From assembly GCA_946965045.2 (NCBI GenBank), contig OX337231.1:2170001-2234000 (forward strand): a stretch of DNA of 64,000 nucleotides, read 5' to 3'. Shown here in pieces: positions 1 to 10,841 of the stretch. The notes under the pieces are model-generated. The model was not told where the DNA came from. It worked only from the letters and a program-made list of their open reading frames with translations, and ran no database searches. Within the stretch, counting starts at the first letter, position 1; every line of letters starts with the position of its first letter. The DNA comes from Epithemia pelagica. Its lineage: Eukaryota > Protista > Bacillariophyta. A program made the position numbers and the translations under genes.

Positions 1-1
1 C

Positions 2-568
2 TTTTCCGTCCGTCCTCAGGTCCGACCCCTTCCACCCTCTCTCAAGAATATTTATTTGGAATTGGCCACGGACCCCAATGTTCACTTTGATCCGGCCAAG
101 GGCGAAACGCCTCCCCAAACCTATTCCAATAATGCCATTCCGCCTCATGGCCATTTGATTCGTTGGGCACAACAAGGAGTCTTGCTGATCAATACTGTCT
201 GGTCGGTTCGACGAGGAAAGCCTCAGTCTCACCAAAAGCAGGGATGGGAACAAGTGACTTCGGCTATTTTACGAACCGTCTTGGCCTCCCGTCGCAAGGG
301 CAAGAAGGACGACAAGGTGGTCTTTTTGTTGTGGGGCAAACCGGCGTTGGAACGTGTGCAAAAGTTACAGGCCGATCTTTCCCGTGCCGTCATTTTGTCC
401 AGTTCGCATCCCAGTCCTCTGGGAGCGCGCAAAACCTCTACGCCCTTTATTGGCAGCCAATGTTTTGGCATGTGCAATTTCGCCCTGCAACGCATGTGCC
501 AGACGCCCATTGATTGGAATGTCGATGGACCTCTCCCTACAAACGACGGGACATTGGCCAGGGATTGA
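2..568 (+). CDS. UNG: Uracil-DNA glycosylase family 1, C-terminal part (5' end lies outside the window)
   Basis: The frame from position 2 reads FSVRPQVRPLPPSLKNIYLEL, then WAQQGVLLINTVWSV, HQKQGWE, VVFLLWG and SHPSPLG, which are the canonical UNG motifs. Confidence 0.93.
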   Translation, partial: FSVRPQVRPLPPSLKNIYLELATDPNVHFDPAKGETPPQTYSNNAIPPHGHLIRWAQQGVLLINTVWSVRRGKPQSHQKQGWEQVTSAILRTVLASRRKGKKDDKVVFLLWGKPALERVQKLQADLSRAVILSSSHPSPLGARKTSTPFIGSQCFGMCNFALQRMCQTPIDWNVDGPLPTNDGTLARD

Positions 569-729
569 CGAGTCTATCTCATCCAAATACATCTTTTCGT
601 TGGAGTCTTCAATTGCAGTTTGTCTAGGAAAATTATCTACAGAGTTACTTATAACCAGTTCGAGAGAATGTCCGAATTGTGTGTCTCCTCTACTAGCCGC
701 TCACCGTCGTTTCCTTGCCTCATTTTCGT

Positions 730-1531
730 TTAGAAGAGGGGCTTGAAAAAGTAGGGAGTTTCGGCCACGACGGGAGATCGGTAGAGGGCTTCTTGGACGA
801 CAAAGCCCAAAATGGCCATCATGGCCAAACGACCATGTTTGATTTCCTTGGTCCTCATGGCCATTTGACCAGCCGAATCTCGAGGGAAAAAGCCAAGGGG
901 ATCAAAGCCACAATCACCGGCCGTGTAATCCTTACCCTTGCTTTCTCGGACCTTGTCATTTTCAATTTCGACAATGCCAGCCAAGAGAATGACCAAGACC
1001 CAGTACAAGGTGTCAACCTTGCCCAATCCACCATTCAACAAGGAAGGACTGGCACCGGTCTTGGTCAACAAGGTGGACATGCCCATGGCATCGGCCAAGG
1101 GCTTGTCAAACAATTCGGCCAAGGGCCAGCCCACAACAGCCAACATGGCCAAACGAGAATGTTTCAATTCCGCCTCGCGCATGTACATGAGACTGGCCTT
1201 GTCGGCACCCGCAAAGTTAAAGGGACTTTGGTGATGAAACAAGAAACAATGCCTCGCATTAGAAGGGAGACAACACAACAGAAATGTCGGTATGTGCGAT
1301 CCAGACAACTTACTCAAAGCCAACATCTCCGGCCATGGTACCATCCAACAACTTTGGTCTGGGCAAAAAGGGAAGGGAGGGAGACATGGATTTTTGCGAG
1401 GACGAGCCTTGTTCGTCTTCGTCAAAGAGAGCATAGCGTTGGACCGCGCTCGATGTAGAAGTCGATCGGCTGGAAGGGACAAAGGCTGTCACAGAGACCG
1501 TCGAGAGGAGAAGCAAAAAGGCCTTGAACAT
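730..1531 (-). CDS. Light-harvesting chlorophyll a/c antenna protein, probably Lhcr-like; 2 exons (1531-1314, 1225-730)
   Basis: Signal peptide with TAF-VP (ASAFAP-like). PSLPFLPRPKLLDGTMAGDVGFD|PFNFA joins across a GT-AG intron at 1313-1226. Helix motifs EAELKHSRLAMLA and KEIKHGRLAMMA are present, plus GFDPLGF. Confidence 0.93.
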
Positions 1532-2078
1532 GATGATGGTGATGATGATATTAAGGATGGTTGTGTATGATAAAGATTTATGGCAACAGAGCGGGGGTTA
1601 GACGTTTGACAACAACTTTCACACCGCCAGCGCAGGAAAAGCGTGAGAGGAATGGAAATACAAGTATCTTGTGTGATGGCTGTTGGACCTTGCACACGAG
1701 CACGAGACACGTCGATAGCTCAGTCAGTCGTTGGTTGACTTCTGGGTTGACGGCGGCGTCGATCAAGAGAGATCGAGAAAGCGACTGCACATCAACACCG
1801 AGATACCAATCGTCGAACTTTTCTGATCTCATTGTTGTGTTGGAATGATGCGCTGTATGCGACTGACTCATCTTGCGACTGACTCACGCGCGCGCAAGCA
1901 CAGGCGGTCAGAGGGGCAACGGACAGACGCGTCGTGACGTATTAGACCCGAAGAACGATCCATCGGGTTTGCCACTCTGTTGTCATCGCATATCGCATAT
2001 TCTGCAGCGGGAGCGGAAGAGAAGTCGATCTTTGGGTATCAGGTATTAGACAGTCATCTATTGTCTTTATGCAACAAC

Positions 2079-2885
2079 ATGTTGACGATTCGTCAGTGGT
2101 GTCGTCCAAAGAGCTACAATCGTCTTGGCTCATTCCCCATTGTTCTTGATCAATTTCCAAAGCAACTGAGATTCCTTTCGTCCGACAGTCCGCCGTCCTC
2201 CTCGGCCAACGAGTGGGACGAACAACAAGAAGAACGTGAAATTCTACAAGAGACGGCGTACTTGGCACGATCCTTGTGTCGGTTGTGTTTTCGTTCCACT
2301 CGGTTGTTACGGGTGGCGAACGAGAATGATGAAAAGGAATTTCAACAACGCGAAGAAAAAGATTTGGCCGATCAAGAACAATTGCTTCGCGATCGTGCCG
2401 CCGATTCCAGACTCACATTCTTGTCCATGTTACCACCCGTCAATCGAGAAAAGGAACTGGCCTCACGATACGAATACTATTGTCAATATACGCGTGATTT
2501 GTTTCGGGCCGAAACGGATTGCTTTTCCTTTAGCTCGGATACTCGAACAGAAGGCTTGGATCAAACCAACTTGAACCGCTTTGTGCATCATCTTCGCAAC
2601 GGTGAGCAACAACGGAGATGGCTCCTCAAAGATATGAAGTACAAGGATCCCTACAGTAAGGCCTTGGACCTTGCACGGATCAAGAAATTACAAAAGCGTG
2701 GGGAGGCCTTTTTTGAGCGACGGCAACGTCGAATCTATGGCATGGACCAGGAGGACCAGTTTCTGGATCATGACGAAAAAGCGGAAGGAGATGTTGATCA
2801 CGACAATGAGGAATGGAAAGATTTTCATGATGATGAAGATGAAGACGACCATGAAATCTTTCAGAGAGGTCGACCCAGATTGTAG
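2079..2885 (+). CDS. Hypothetical protein with acidic C-terminus; possibly organelle-targeted, with a weak LYR-like pattern
   Basis: ORF 1980-2885 with first ATG at 2079; charged helical composition. The resemblance of LARSLCRLCFRS...YTRDLFR to LYR proteins is weak. Confidence 0.55.
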   Translation: MLTIRQWCRPKSYNRLGSFPIVLDQFPKQLRFLSSDSPPSSSANEWDEQQEEREILQETAYLARSLCRLCFRSTRLLRVANENDEKEFQQREEKDLADQEQLLRDRAADSRLTFLSMLPPVNREKELASRYEYYCQYTRDLFRAETDCFSFSSDTRTEGLDQTNLNRFVHHLRNGEQQRRWLLKDMKYKDPYSKALDLARIKKLQKRGEAFFERRQRRIYGMDQEDQFLDHDEKAEGDVDHDNEEWKDFHDDEDEDDHEIFQRGRPRL

Positions 2886-2954
2886 ATTCTGTTTTCGAGG
2901 AAAATTGGACACCACCAAAGCCACGCTTTTTTGCGAAATACCTTTCGGACCGCT

Positions 2955-4791
2955 TTACAATCGAGATCGCAACGTTGATCTTGGGGTCGGTTTTGTATCT
3001 TTGGAGGGAAATGTTTTGCACGCATAATGTGTGTCTTCATTGAGGATCCGATCAAACAACAAGTCACCAAATGCGACAGAGGGAGGGTAGAATCCACCAC
3101 AAGAACCGCTCGTTTGGTTGGAGGCGGAAATGGGCAAGTCGCATTCATTTGTATGGGCCAAACACAGGGCCGCTTCGACCATCATGCGTGCCGTTTCCAA
3201 ACATCCCACGTCTTTGGTAAAGTACAAGGCCACTTGTACCCGATTTCCATGGACACCCACACCCTCTCCCGTAATGTATTGATAGTTTTTGGTTTCCATA
3301 CGTTCTTGACTAGGCCCTTGACCGGGTTGGAAAAATACAAATCGTTTCAGCAAGTCATGGGTTAGGGGATTGCCCATGAGGATCATCATGGAGACGGCTC
3401 CACCAAAATAATTGCAAAAGGCGGTCCGGAAATTGGGAACCACTTGCTGTTCCGAGTACGTCAAGTGGGTGTGTCCAACTTGTCGGAGGGCATGACTCCA
3501 TTGTACCACCTTGGCATTGACACCCGCCATGACAAACGGAAGCGTCCAACGACCACGTTTGTCACCATGACGATCCCATGGAGAATTGGACGGCGCAATA
3601 AAGGTGGGCAAATTGGCTTTGAGACGGTATTTGCTTTTTCGTCGTCGTATTGTTCGTTTGGGAATGTCAGCACGATTGACATCATCTTGTTCTACCGGTA
3701 CACGCAATAGGGGATCAATTGAAATCGTCTCTGCCGACGGAGAAGAAGATGATGATGATGACATGGGTGGCGTGTCCAATTTGCCCTCGGCCGAGGCATT
3801 GAGGGTGGCCAGGGTCCCACCTGGAGCGGTGAGTCGGAATTCATCCCAAAATGTGACCGACTCCAAATCATCCTGGCAGTCACGACGTAGCAATTGTTGC
3901 ATCTTCCACACCAAATAATCCCAGGGCACGGAATCGTGACCACAAAAGGGAACCAAGATTGCACCCGTTTGTTCGGCCGTACTTTGCCATTGCGCAATCA
4001 TGGAACGAACCCAGTCGGCTTCACCTGTAGAGAGAGAGAGGGAGTGATCGTGGCAATACTTAGTTTTGTCGTGGACCAAATCAAACACTCATCTCTCACA
4101 ATAACAGAGCTGCGGGATCACTCTTCGTTACGGACGTACCGGTAATGTCTACATAATGGGTTCCATACTTGGCACAAAATTCCACCACATGAGACCCGTA
4201 CAAGCCATAGGGTCCAGCCGTGGTCGCCACGACGCGGGCATGGGCCACCAACTGTGGCAAGGTTTCGGGGACCAAGGTATCCACCACCACAAGTTCGGGG
4301 ACAGCCTCGTCATTGTTTTGCCACTGTCCACCAAAGTCACGAATCAATTCTCGTTGCAATGCTTCCAACTTGGATCGAGAACGACCGGCCATGGCCCACT
4401 TGACTCTGCGTCGTTGCGAACGAGAATTCCGTTGATTGTAGGTTTGTGCCAGATAACGAGCTGCCAGTCGACCCGTAAAACCCGTCACTCCCAAGAGTAC
4501 CACATCATAACGTCGTTTCGGTCGAGGAATCACCTTGCTTGGAACGTGACCGGAATCCAATGGTGGTGGTCGTCGTCGAGACGACTGGTCCTTCTGTTTG
4601 CGGTCCGAAGATGGTTGGACAGCATTCCACAAGGCCTTGCCACTTTGATACGCCACCGAAAGGGGCAAGGCCGTCACAGACAAGACAGGAAGCATGGTGG
4701 CCGTGGCCACAAAATCCGACCAGGAGGACCCCGGTGGTCGATGTCGGGCATGGCGAGGAATATCCACTGGCTGCTCTAACAATGAATTCAT
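2955..4791 (-). CDS. Saccharopine dehydrogenase-like oxidoreductase (SCCPDH / trans-acting enoyl reductase family); 2 exons
   Basis: Rossmann motif YDVVLLGVTGFTG, WAMAGRS and TTAGPYGLYG. HYVDITG|EADWVR joins across a GT-AG intron at 4139-4025. C-terminal VGCLETARMMVEAALCLA and GGFYPPSVAFGD. Confidence 0.88.
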
Positions 4792-5369
4792 GATCCTCTA
4801 GCAAAACCTCGGTCGGTACTCTCCAAGCACAAGTCTATTCCCACGACTTCCCACGGCAAGCAACGAGCTCTGGATTTTGTTTGACAGAGTAATTGAACTC
4901 CTCAACACTCAACATATATCGTAGCGAAATAGCTATCGATCTACCGATGATCATGCGATCTACGTCAGCATGTTCAGTCAAAATTGAAGCCAATGCCTAT
5001 CTCATTTTTGTGCATCTGCCGTGTAAGTGCGACAGCAAAAGTAGAGGAATCTTACCTTTGTACACTTCACGCTATAGTCATCATTTCTTGTGCAGAATAC
5101 ACCCCAGAGATCCTATGTGATATTGACCAGCAGGGAGTATTTTCATATTTTGATTATAAGAATCTTTGAGCAACATCTACACGATATTTACCGCTGGGGA
5201 CAAGGTGCTTCTCCTATGCATTTTTCAACTTTCTGCAGTCTGTGCTCATTTTTTTTGTGACGGAAACTTTTCAAACAACAATGCTCCTCGAAAACGAAAA
5301 TGGAGGAGCAATCCTCTCGTCCTCTCACAAAAACATTAACCAAACAAACGCCAAACCAATTCATTCACC

Positions 5370-5963
5370 ATGTTCGCAGCACCTTCAGATCTCAGCCGAG
5401 CAATCACCCGTGGAAAGTGGTCCTTGGCATCGAAATTGGCCAAACAATTTCCCGAACAAGCCCGAAAAACGTCCAACCGTGAAGGGTTGTTCGATGGACG
5501 GACCAACGCCAAAGTATATCCGATTCATGAAGCTCTGGTGGCAAATGCTCCCCTCAGTTGTATCAAGGCCCTGGTGGAAGCTTATCCGGCCAGTCTCACC
5601 AAAAAAGAGTCCTCGTTTCATCGATTGCCATTGCACTGCGCCTGTCGCAAGAATGCCGATCCTGCCGTCATTGCCTATCTGGTGAAAAAGAATAAGAAAG
5701 CATGTTTGGAGGAAGATTCCCTTCAACGCCTTCCGGTGCATTATGCATTGACCAATGGAGCCAACCCTCAAGTGGTATCCATCTTGGTCAAGGCGGATCC
5801 AGCATCGGTGCGTGGCTGCGACTACTCGGGCTGGACACCGGTCCATGTGGCCCTCAATGTGTGTGCACCACCCACCACAGTGGCCAGCATGCTCAAGGCC
5901 TTTCCAGAATCCGTCATGCTCAAAACAAACAAGCACACGAGCATTCGAAGCGTGATACCCTAA
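5370..5963 (+). CDS. Ankyrin-like repeat protein (LPLHxAC-type repeats), possibly truncated by an early stop
   Basis: Repeats YPIHEAL, LPLHCAC, LPVHYAL and TPVHVAL. The same frame stays open for 41 more codons after the TAA at 5961-5963. Confidence 0.75.
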   Translation: MFAAPSDLSRAITRGKWSLASKLAKQFPEQARKTSNREGLFDGRTNAKVYPIHEALVANAPLSCIKALVEAYPASLTKKESSFHRLPLHCACRKNADPAVIAYLVKKNKKACLEEDSLQRLPVHYALTNGANPQVVSILVKADPASVRGCDYSGWTPVHVALNVCAPPTTVASMLKAFPESVMLKTNKHTSIRSVIP

Positions 5964-6534
5964 AGCAGTCCCTATCGCCAGGAACACCGACAATTGATCG
6001 AGGAGACACAAAAAGTGGTCCAACTGGACTTGCACTTGCCTTCCTTGCGTTATAACTCCATGCGGGCCAGTCGATTGATGATGGTTTAGAGCAACGAAAA
6101 CTACGATGCCCACCTGTAATTTTGCTACATAACATCTTTGAATACATTGACTTCAAACGCACAGAGCTCTAGGAAGGAAATCATCTACTAGAGTAGTAGA
6201 GTTCCAATGCTACAAAGGCAGTGCGATTCACGCTAGCCGACAGCTATAGGAGTGGCTTTATGTTTTGAAAGAAGAAACAAAAGATACTCCCCCTACTCGC
6301 GTATCTTCAGAAAATCCAATTGGTATCGCATTAAAGGGAACTCTCGTGGCCCATTCTCGTTATTTTCTTTTCTAGAGATCAATCCAATGTCATGCTCTTC
6401 GATTAGATACTCAAGCCCGCAAAACGGATGGACGGGAGCTCATCGTGGATTGTTAGAATATGACTCCTCGTTCATCGCTTCACCAGTGGCGCAAGAACTG
6501 TGGATTCATCCCGACGAGGGGTTCCACTAACGAA

Positions 6535-8496
6535 CTAGTACTTGGCTTTTCGATGCTTGGCATGTTTCAATGACTGTTCGGCTTCTTGAAAAAATTCGAC
6601 AGCCGTCATTCCTTGTCTGTGTTTGGCGTATCCAAAAGACGCCGTAGTTTGAACGGGGCGATTTTCCATGTCCAGGATCCCATTCAACGAGCTAGATATG
6701 GCTAGGATCACTTTTTGGATCTCCTCATCGACACTTGCTCGTATGAGTAAACAAAATTCATCCCCTCCATATCGGTACACCTTGTTTGGATACTGGACGA
6801 CACTTTGTAGTTTTTGACCAACTTGCCGCAAGACGTGATCGCCATAGAGTAGAGATGTCTTGTTGAAATCTTTAAAGTTGTCAATATCGAGAATGACCAA
6901 AAACTCAAAATCAAGATTTGACATATCACGCCAGAAGCACCCTTGGTCTTCCAATCGCGTTAGGAAATCAGCATTGCTCAAGGGAGGAGGATGGCAATCA
7001 AAGACACGTAGATTTTCAACAATATCGACCGAGTGTGCCATCTTGGAAACTTCTTCAATTTCAGAGTCTTTATAGTCTTCGTTTGGATAACTTGTTAGCT
7101 GGATCGCTCCGAACGGTACATCCTTTCGTAAAAGCGGGACAATCAGCAGGTTGACATGGTTGGTCGACTTTGGATCCTTCATTGCAAATGGAGTGTGCTT
7201 GCCATTCACAAAAATCGCTTCCGATAAATACGATATCTTGCCACGTTCCCCACTGCAGGGAAAGGAGAGAAACGGTTTGGAAGGCGATTTGGAACCCGCC
7301 CAATCTCGAAACATTCGGCCCGTGCTCGAGTCTTTACCCACGGCAAACAGGCACATGACCAGAGGGGTTGATGTTTCTTGCGTGGAGTTCACCCCCGTTG
7401 GAGGCGTAAAGAGAAAGAAGGTGGCAATTCTGGTCGTCCGTCTCAGAAATCTACCAAGAAAGTCCATGAATAACGCATCGACTCGTTCATGAAGGCGTGC
7501 TACATGTTGATGAGTCCAAAGGGCGTTTCTTGTAACGTCAAAGACCTTGAGTACCGACTCATCAATCGACAAGTCTACTTTGCGCCGTTTGTTTCGTGCG
7601 ACTGTCTGGATCCGTTGTCGTGCCTCTTCCATTCGTTCCTGGAACTTTACCCGGTAGGAGGGGCTCCAATCCCATTGGTCGGATCGAATCCATTTCTGTT
7701 GAAAGGCTTGGACGGCCAGTCGCACACTGTCACGGCGCAAAAGGGTCGCCAAGTTTTCCAAGGCATCGAAATTGGACAAGGAATGTTGCTTCTTCCATGC
7801 CAGCAAAACGTCGAGAATCGAATCTTCGTCTCGCTCGAGAAACTCCTTGGCCGTACGGTAATCTGCCGCCACAAAGTAGTTTTGGGCCAAATCCAAGAAA
7901 CTCACCCCCAACGTAGGGCCCAAAATGGTTGGTTGACTTGGGTCCGTCAAGGCCTTGCACGCTATATCTGCAATTTGATGGGCCATTTCCAAGAAGGTCC
8001 TTCTCTGAATTTGATGGACTTTGTACTCGGTGGTATTTTCCAAAAAGGATTGAACCGTATGATCATCCAACAGTGTATCCACAGTCTCTTCCAAACAAAT
8101 GAATCGAACCTTGATTCGGGGCCCTTCCACTCCACCTACGGCGGCTCGATCCATTTCCCGAAAGCTTTGTAGCTCGGCCACACACGCGGTGCGCTGAAAG
8201 TAGCGTCGTGTCAAGAGGCACAGCGCCACGCCATTGCCGCGGAGTTGCAAAATGGCGTCGGCGAGACCATTGTGGAGATGGCCTTCCAGTCGCTCATCGA
8301 GAAAGACACTGGCGACCCGGAACTGTTGACGGCATCGCTGGTGAATCGAGGATTCTACCAGGCGAGCCAACTGTCGAACCGATCGATCCTGGTCGGAATC
8401 CGAGAGAGGGATTCCTAAACTCTCCACCGCATCTTCACCTCCATGAAAGCTCAGAAACACGTCATATCGCTTTTTGTTGTTTACTTCATGTGACAT
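6535..8496 (-). CDS. TIR - helical linker - GAF-like - GGDEF (diguanylate cyclase-like) multidomain protein, single ORF
   Basis: TIR: YDVFLSFHGGED, VFLDE, CLLTRRYFQRTACVAEL. GAF-like: LLIVPLLRKDVPFGAIQL. GGDEF: VILDIDNFKDFN...GDHVL, RYGGDEF (6754-6768), TASFG, AEQSLKHAK. First ATG at 8496; the ORF track starts at GTG 8538. Confidence 0.88.
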   Translation of the reverse strand: MSHEVNNKKRYDVFLSFHGGEDAVESLGIPLSDSDQDRSVRQLARLVESSIHQRCRQQFRVASVFLDERLEGHLHNGLADAILQLRGNGVALCLLTRRYFQRTACVAELQSFREMDRAAVGGVEGPRIKVRFICLEETVDTLLDDHTVQSFLENTTEYKVHQIQRRTFLEMAHQIADIACKALTDPSQPTILGPTLGVSFLDLAQNYFVAADYRTAKEFLERDEDSILDVLLAWKKQHSLSNFDALENLATLLRRDSVRLAVQAFQQKWIRSDQWDWSPSYRVKFQERMEEARQRIQTVARNKRRKVDLSIDESVLKVFDVTRNALWTHQHVARLHERVDALFMDFLGRFLRRTTRIATFFLFTPPTGVNSTQETSTPLVMCLFAVGKDSSTGRMFRDWAGSKSPSKPFLSFPCSGERGKISYLSEAIFVNGKHTPFAMKDPKSTNHVNLLIVPLLRKDVPFGAIQLTSYPNEDYKDSEIEEVSKMAHSVDIVENLRVFDCHPPPLSNADFLTRLEDQGCFWRDMSNLDFEFLVILDIDNFKDFNKTSLLYGDHVLRQVGQKLQSVVQYPNKVYRYGGDEFCLLIRASVDEEIQKVILAISSSLNGILDMENRPVQTTASFGYAKHRQGMTAVEFFQEAEQSLKHAKHRKAKY

Positions 8497-9764
8497 GAAT
8501 GCCGGTTCAAGTGTCGGAGATGCGTCTATCCATACCACTGGTTAGATTCCGACGATGGTTGCCTTTTGGATGTGCTGCCCATTCAAAATTCAAACTATAT
8601 TTTTGTTGCATTCCAATCCGTGTCGGAAGAAGTCTCTCATGGTTGTTAGCGGACTCTTGCAAACAAACAAACGTGCATGATTTACAAGACATTCAGCGTG
8701 ATGGATATCAAACGCTGGGCAATAGGAAATATGCCAACCGACTGAGAGATAGAGGAGTCTATCCAACACGCTCGATTATTATTATTTCTTTTACCAAAGT
8801 GACATCAAAGGAACGACCGACACCGTGGAACGAGAGCATGTGCAACGGAGACATGGTCACTCCTTTCAACGACTTTTCTCCACTTTCAACAGCTCTCTTC
8901 CAAGATCCAACATCCAACAGTCCAAGTCTTGATTTCTTGAACGGAGCAACGGACATGACCTCTCGATCCGTTCCTTTCTTTCTCTCCAAGTTTCTGCCGT
9001 TGCTACGATGGTTGGTGGACTCCGCCGCCCATCACCAGTCGTTCGAGGATGGGGTCCAAGACCAAGATCAGCCTCGCCGACCGCCGACCACGAGACACAA
9101 GACTAAACCTCTTTGTTTACCAAAGAGTACGTGTCTCCCGCACGTTTGAGCATCAATCGTCTGTCGTCTGGCACGTCCAAACTTCGGACTAGTGTGTCTC
9201 GAAAAAAGACATGGTCGCCGAACGCCGAACACGAATTCCTTCCTACGCTCAAGCGTGATAACGTGATTAATAGTTTGAAGTTGTAATGAAATATTTACAT
9301 TATCACGATAGGTTGTGATTTCCATTCTTGTTTGGGGGTTCGGAATGGCCCAATCCCCCACAACACCTGCCAGTTGGCGAATGTCACGCCGTGGCCACGC
9401 AATCGTATTCGTAGACGAGAACGAAAACGAACCCAAGAGTTGCGTTTGCGATCCACCCAAAGTTTGGGGGCCCAACGGACATGGGCGCGCGCTTTTCCTA
9501 CCAATTTACAAGAGACTTCGCCATCCCACATCCCACACTACTCTTTTTTGGCTCTACTTACACTTTGGCGCCGAAACTTGCTTTCGGGTCACCGAACTTT
9601 CGCCCCACCACCGCCATCGAAATCCATCTCGTCTCGTTCTGGTTTGTAGCTTGTTGTAGTTGGGTTTTGCACCCGAGTCTCTCTTTTCTTTTAGCAATCA
9701 CCACACCACACCGTCTCATTGAAACCACAAACAAAACGACACACTACACCCAGTTTCGAGTATC

Positions 9765-10595
9765 ATGACTTCTCTATCAACCACAAGCACAACCAACAAC
9801 AATAGTCGAACGTTTTCGAGCATGACTCCATTTCGAAGAGGCAAAATACGAGCCCGACAACCGGAAACGTTTCACACCAGCAGCAGCGAGTGTCCCTCCC
9901 CGCTGCGCGAGACTACGGACCGTTTCTCCCGCAGCCTCTGTGAACCATGGCATTCGTTGTCACATCCCGAACATGCCGCCGCCGCTGTAGTTCCACAAAG
10001 CGATTCTCCCGAAGATGTTGTTGTTGTGCAATCACTGGAAGAATCTCCTTCCTCCTCGTCGTCCGCTTCCTTGACGGATCGACAAGAACAATTGTGGATG
10101 CATTATCGATCTCATCCTTCTCACGAAGGCCGCAAACAACGACCGTCGGTATTCCGTCGTCGCCACCAACGACGACAGCTCTTGCCCGAAGAACCCGTTC
10201 CCGCCTTGTTGGATTTGCAGCAAACGAGTAGTCTGGGCAGTAGTAGCAGTGAATGGACCGAAGACAAGGACACGACGAGTGAAATGGATCATGGCAGCAC
10301 CACGACAAGCCAGGAGATTGCCACATGTGGCAGTCTCGAAGTCTTTTCCGAAGAGGAGGACCACCACGACGACCAGGCACGTTGGAGCTATACGTCCATT
10401 GACGATGAAATTCCCCGACTCTTGCGGCAAGACCGATGGATGGACACTCCTTTGATTGTATCGCCAGCACCCAAAGAGGTCTTTGACGTTCCGGTCGATG
10501 AGGAACCCACAGCTCCTATCAGCGAACACCGACGAACGTTGGCGGCCACCGCCTGGAACGTGATTCATGAACTGGACAGCATCTTTGGTCCCTAA
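9765..10595 (+). CDS. Hypothetical low-complexity, probably disordered protein
   Basis: 276-aa ATG-started ORF rich in S/T/E; no recognisable domain. Confidence 0.5.
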   Translation: MTSLSTTSTTNNNSRTFSSMTPFRRGKIRARQPETFHTSSSECPSPLRETTDRFSRSLCEPWHSLSHPEHAAAAVVPQSDSPEDVVVVQSLEESPSSSSSASLTDRQEQLWMHYRSHPSHEGRKQRPSVFRRRHQRRQLLPEEPVPALLDLQQTSSLGSSSSEWTEDKDTTSEMDHGSTTTSQEIATCGSLEVFSEEEDHHDDQARWSYTSIDDEIPRLLRQDRWMDTPLIVSPAPKEVFDVPVDEEPTAPISEHRRTLAATAWNVIHELDSIFGP

Positions 10596-10841
10596 CCAAC
10601 GCGCAACCAGAACGACTGCACTACGTATTGTGTTTGTAGTGTCCGATTCGCAAAACTATTTTAGCTAGCCGCTTGTTGCAATAGAATTAAAAGAGTTTCA
10701 TACTACCCTTGATAGCAATAAGATCGAATGGCCTACGCTCCAGAGAAAACAACATAGGAGTATCATCTATCTCACAGTAACAGTTTGTGAAGAGATTAAA
10801 GAGTCACACCGGGGCCAATCGTTACGTGGGTGTCGTCCTAC

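Noticed and set aside
715-1458. 247-aa plus-strand ORF
   Set aside because: Antisense to the Lhc gene.
6535-8496. Bacterial contamination as the source of the GGDEF gene
   Set aside because: It is collinear with intron-containing diatom-type genes and has no operon context or mobile-element boundaries. Contamination is not fully excluded without read mapping.
8499-9768. Several 100-216 aa ORFs between the TIR-GGDEF gene and 9765
   Set aside because: No motifs and overlapping in several frames; treated as intergenic.
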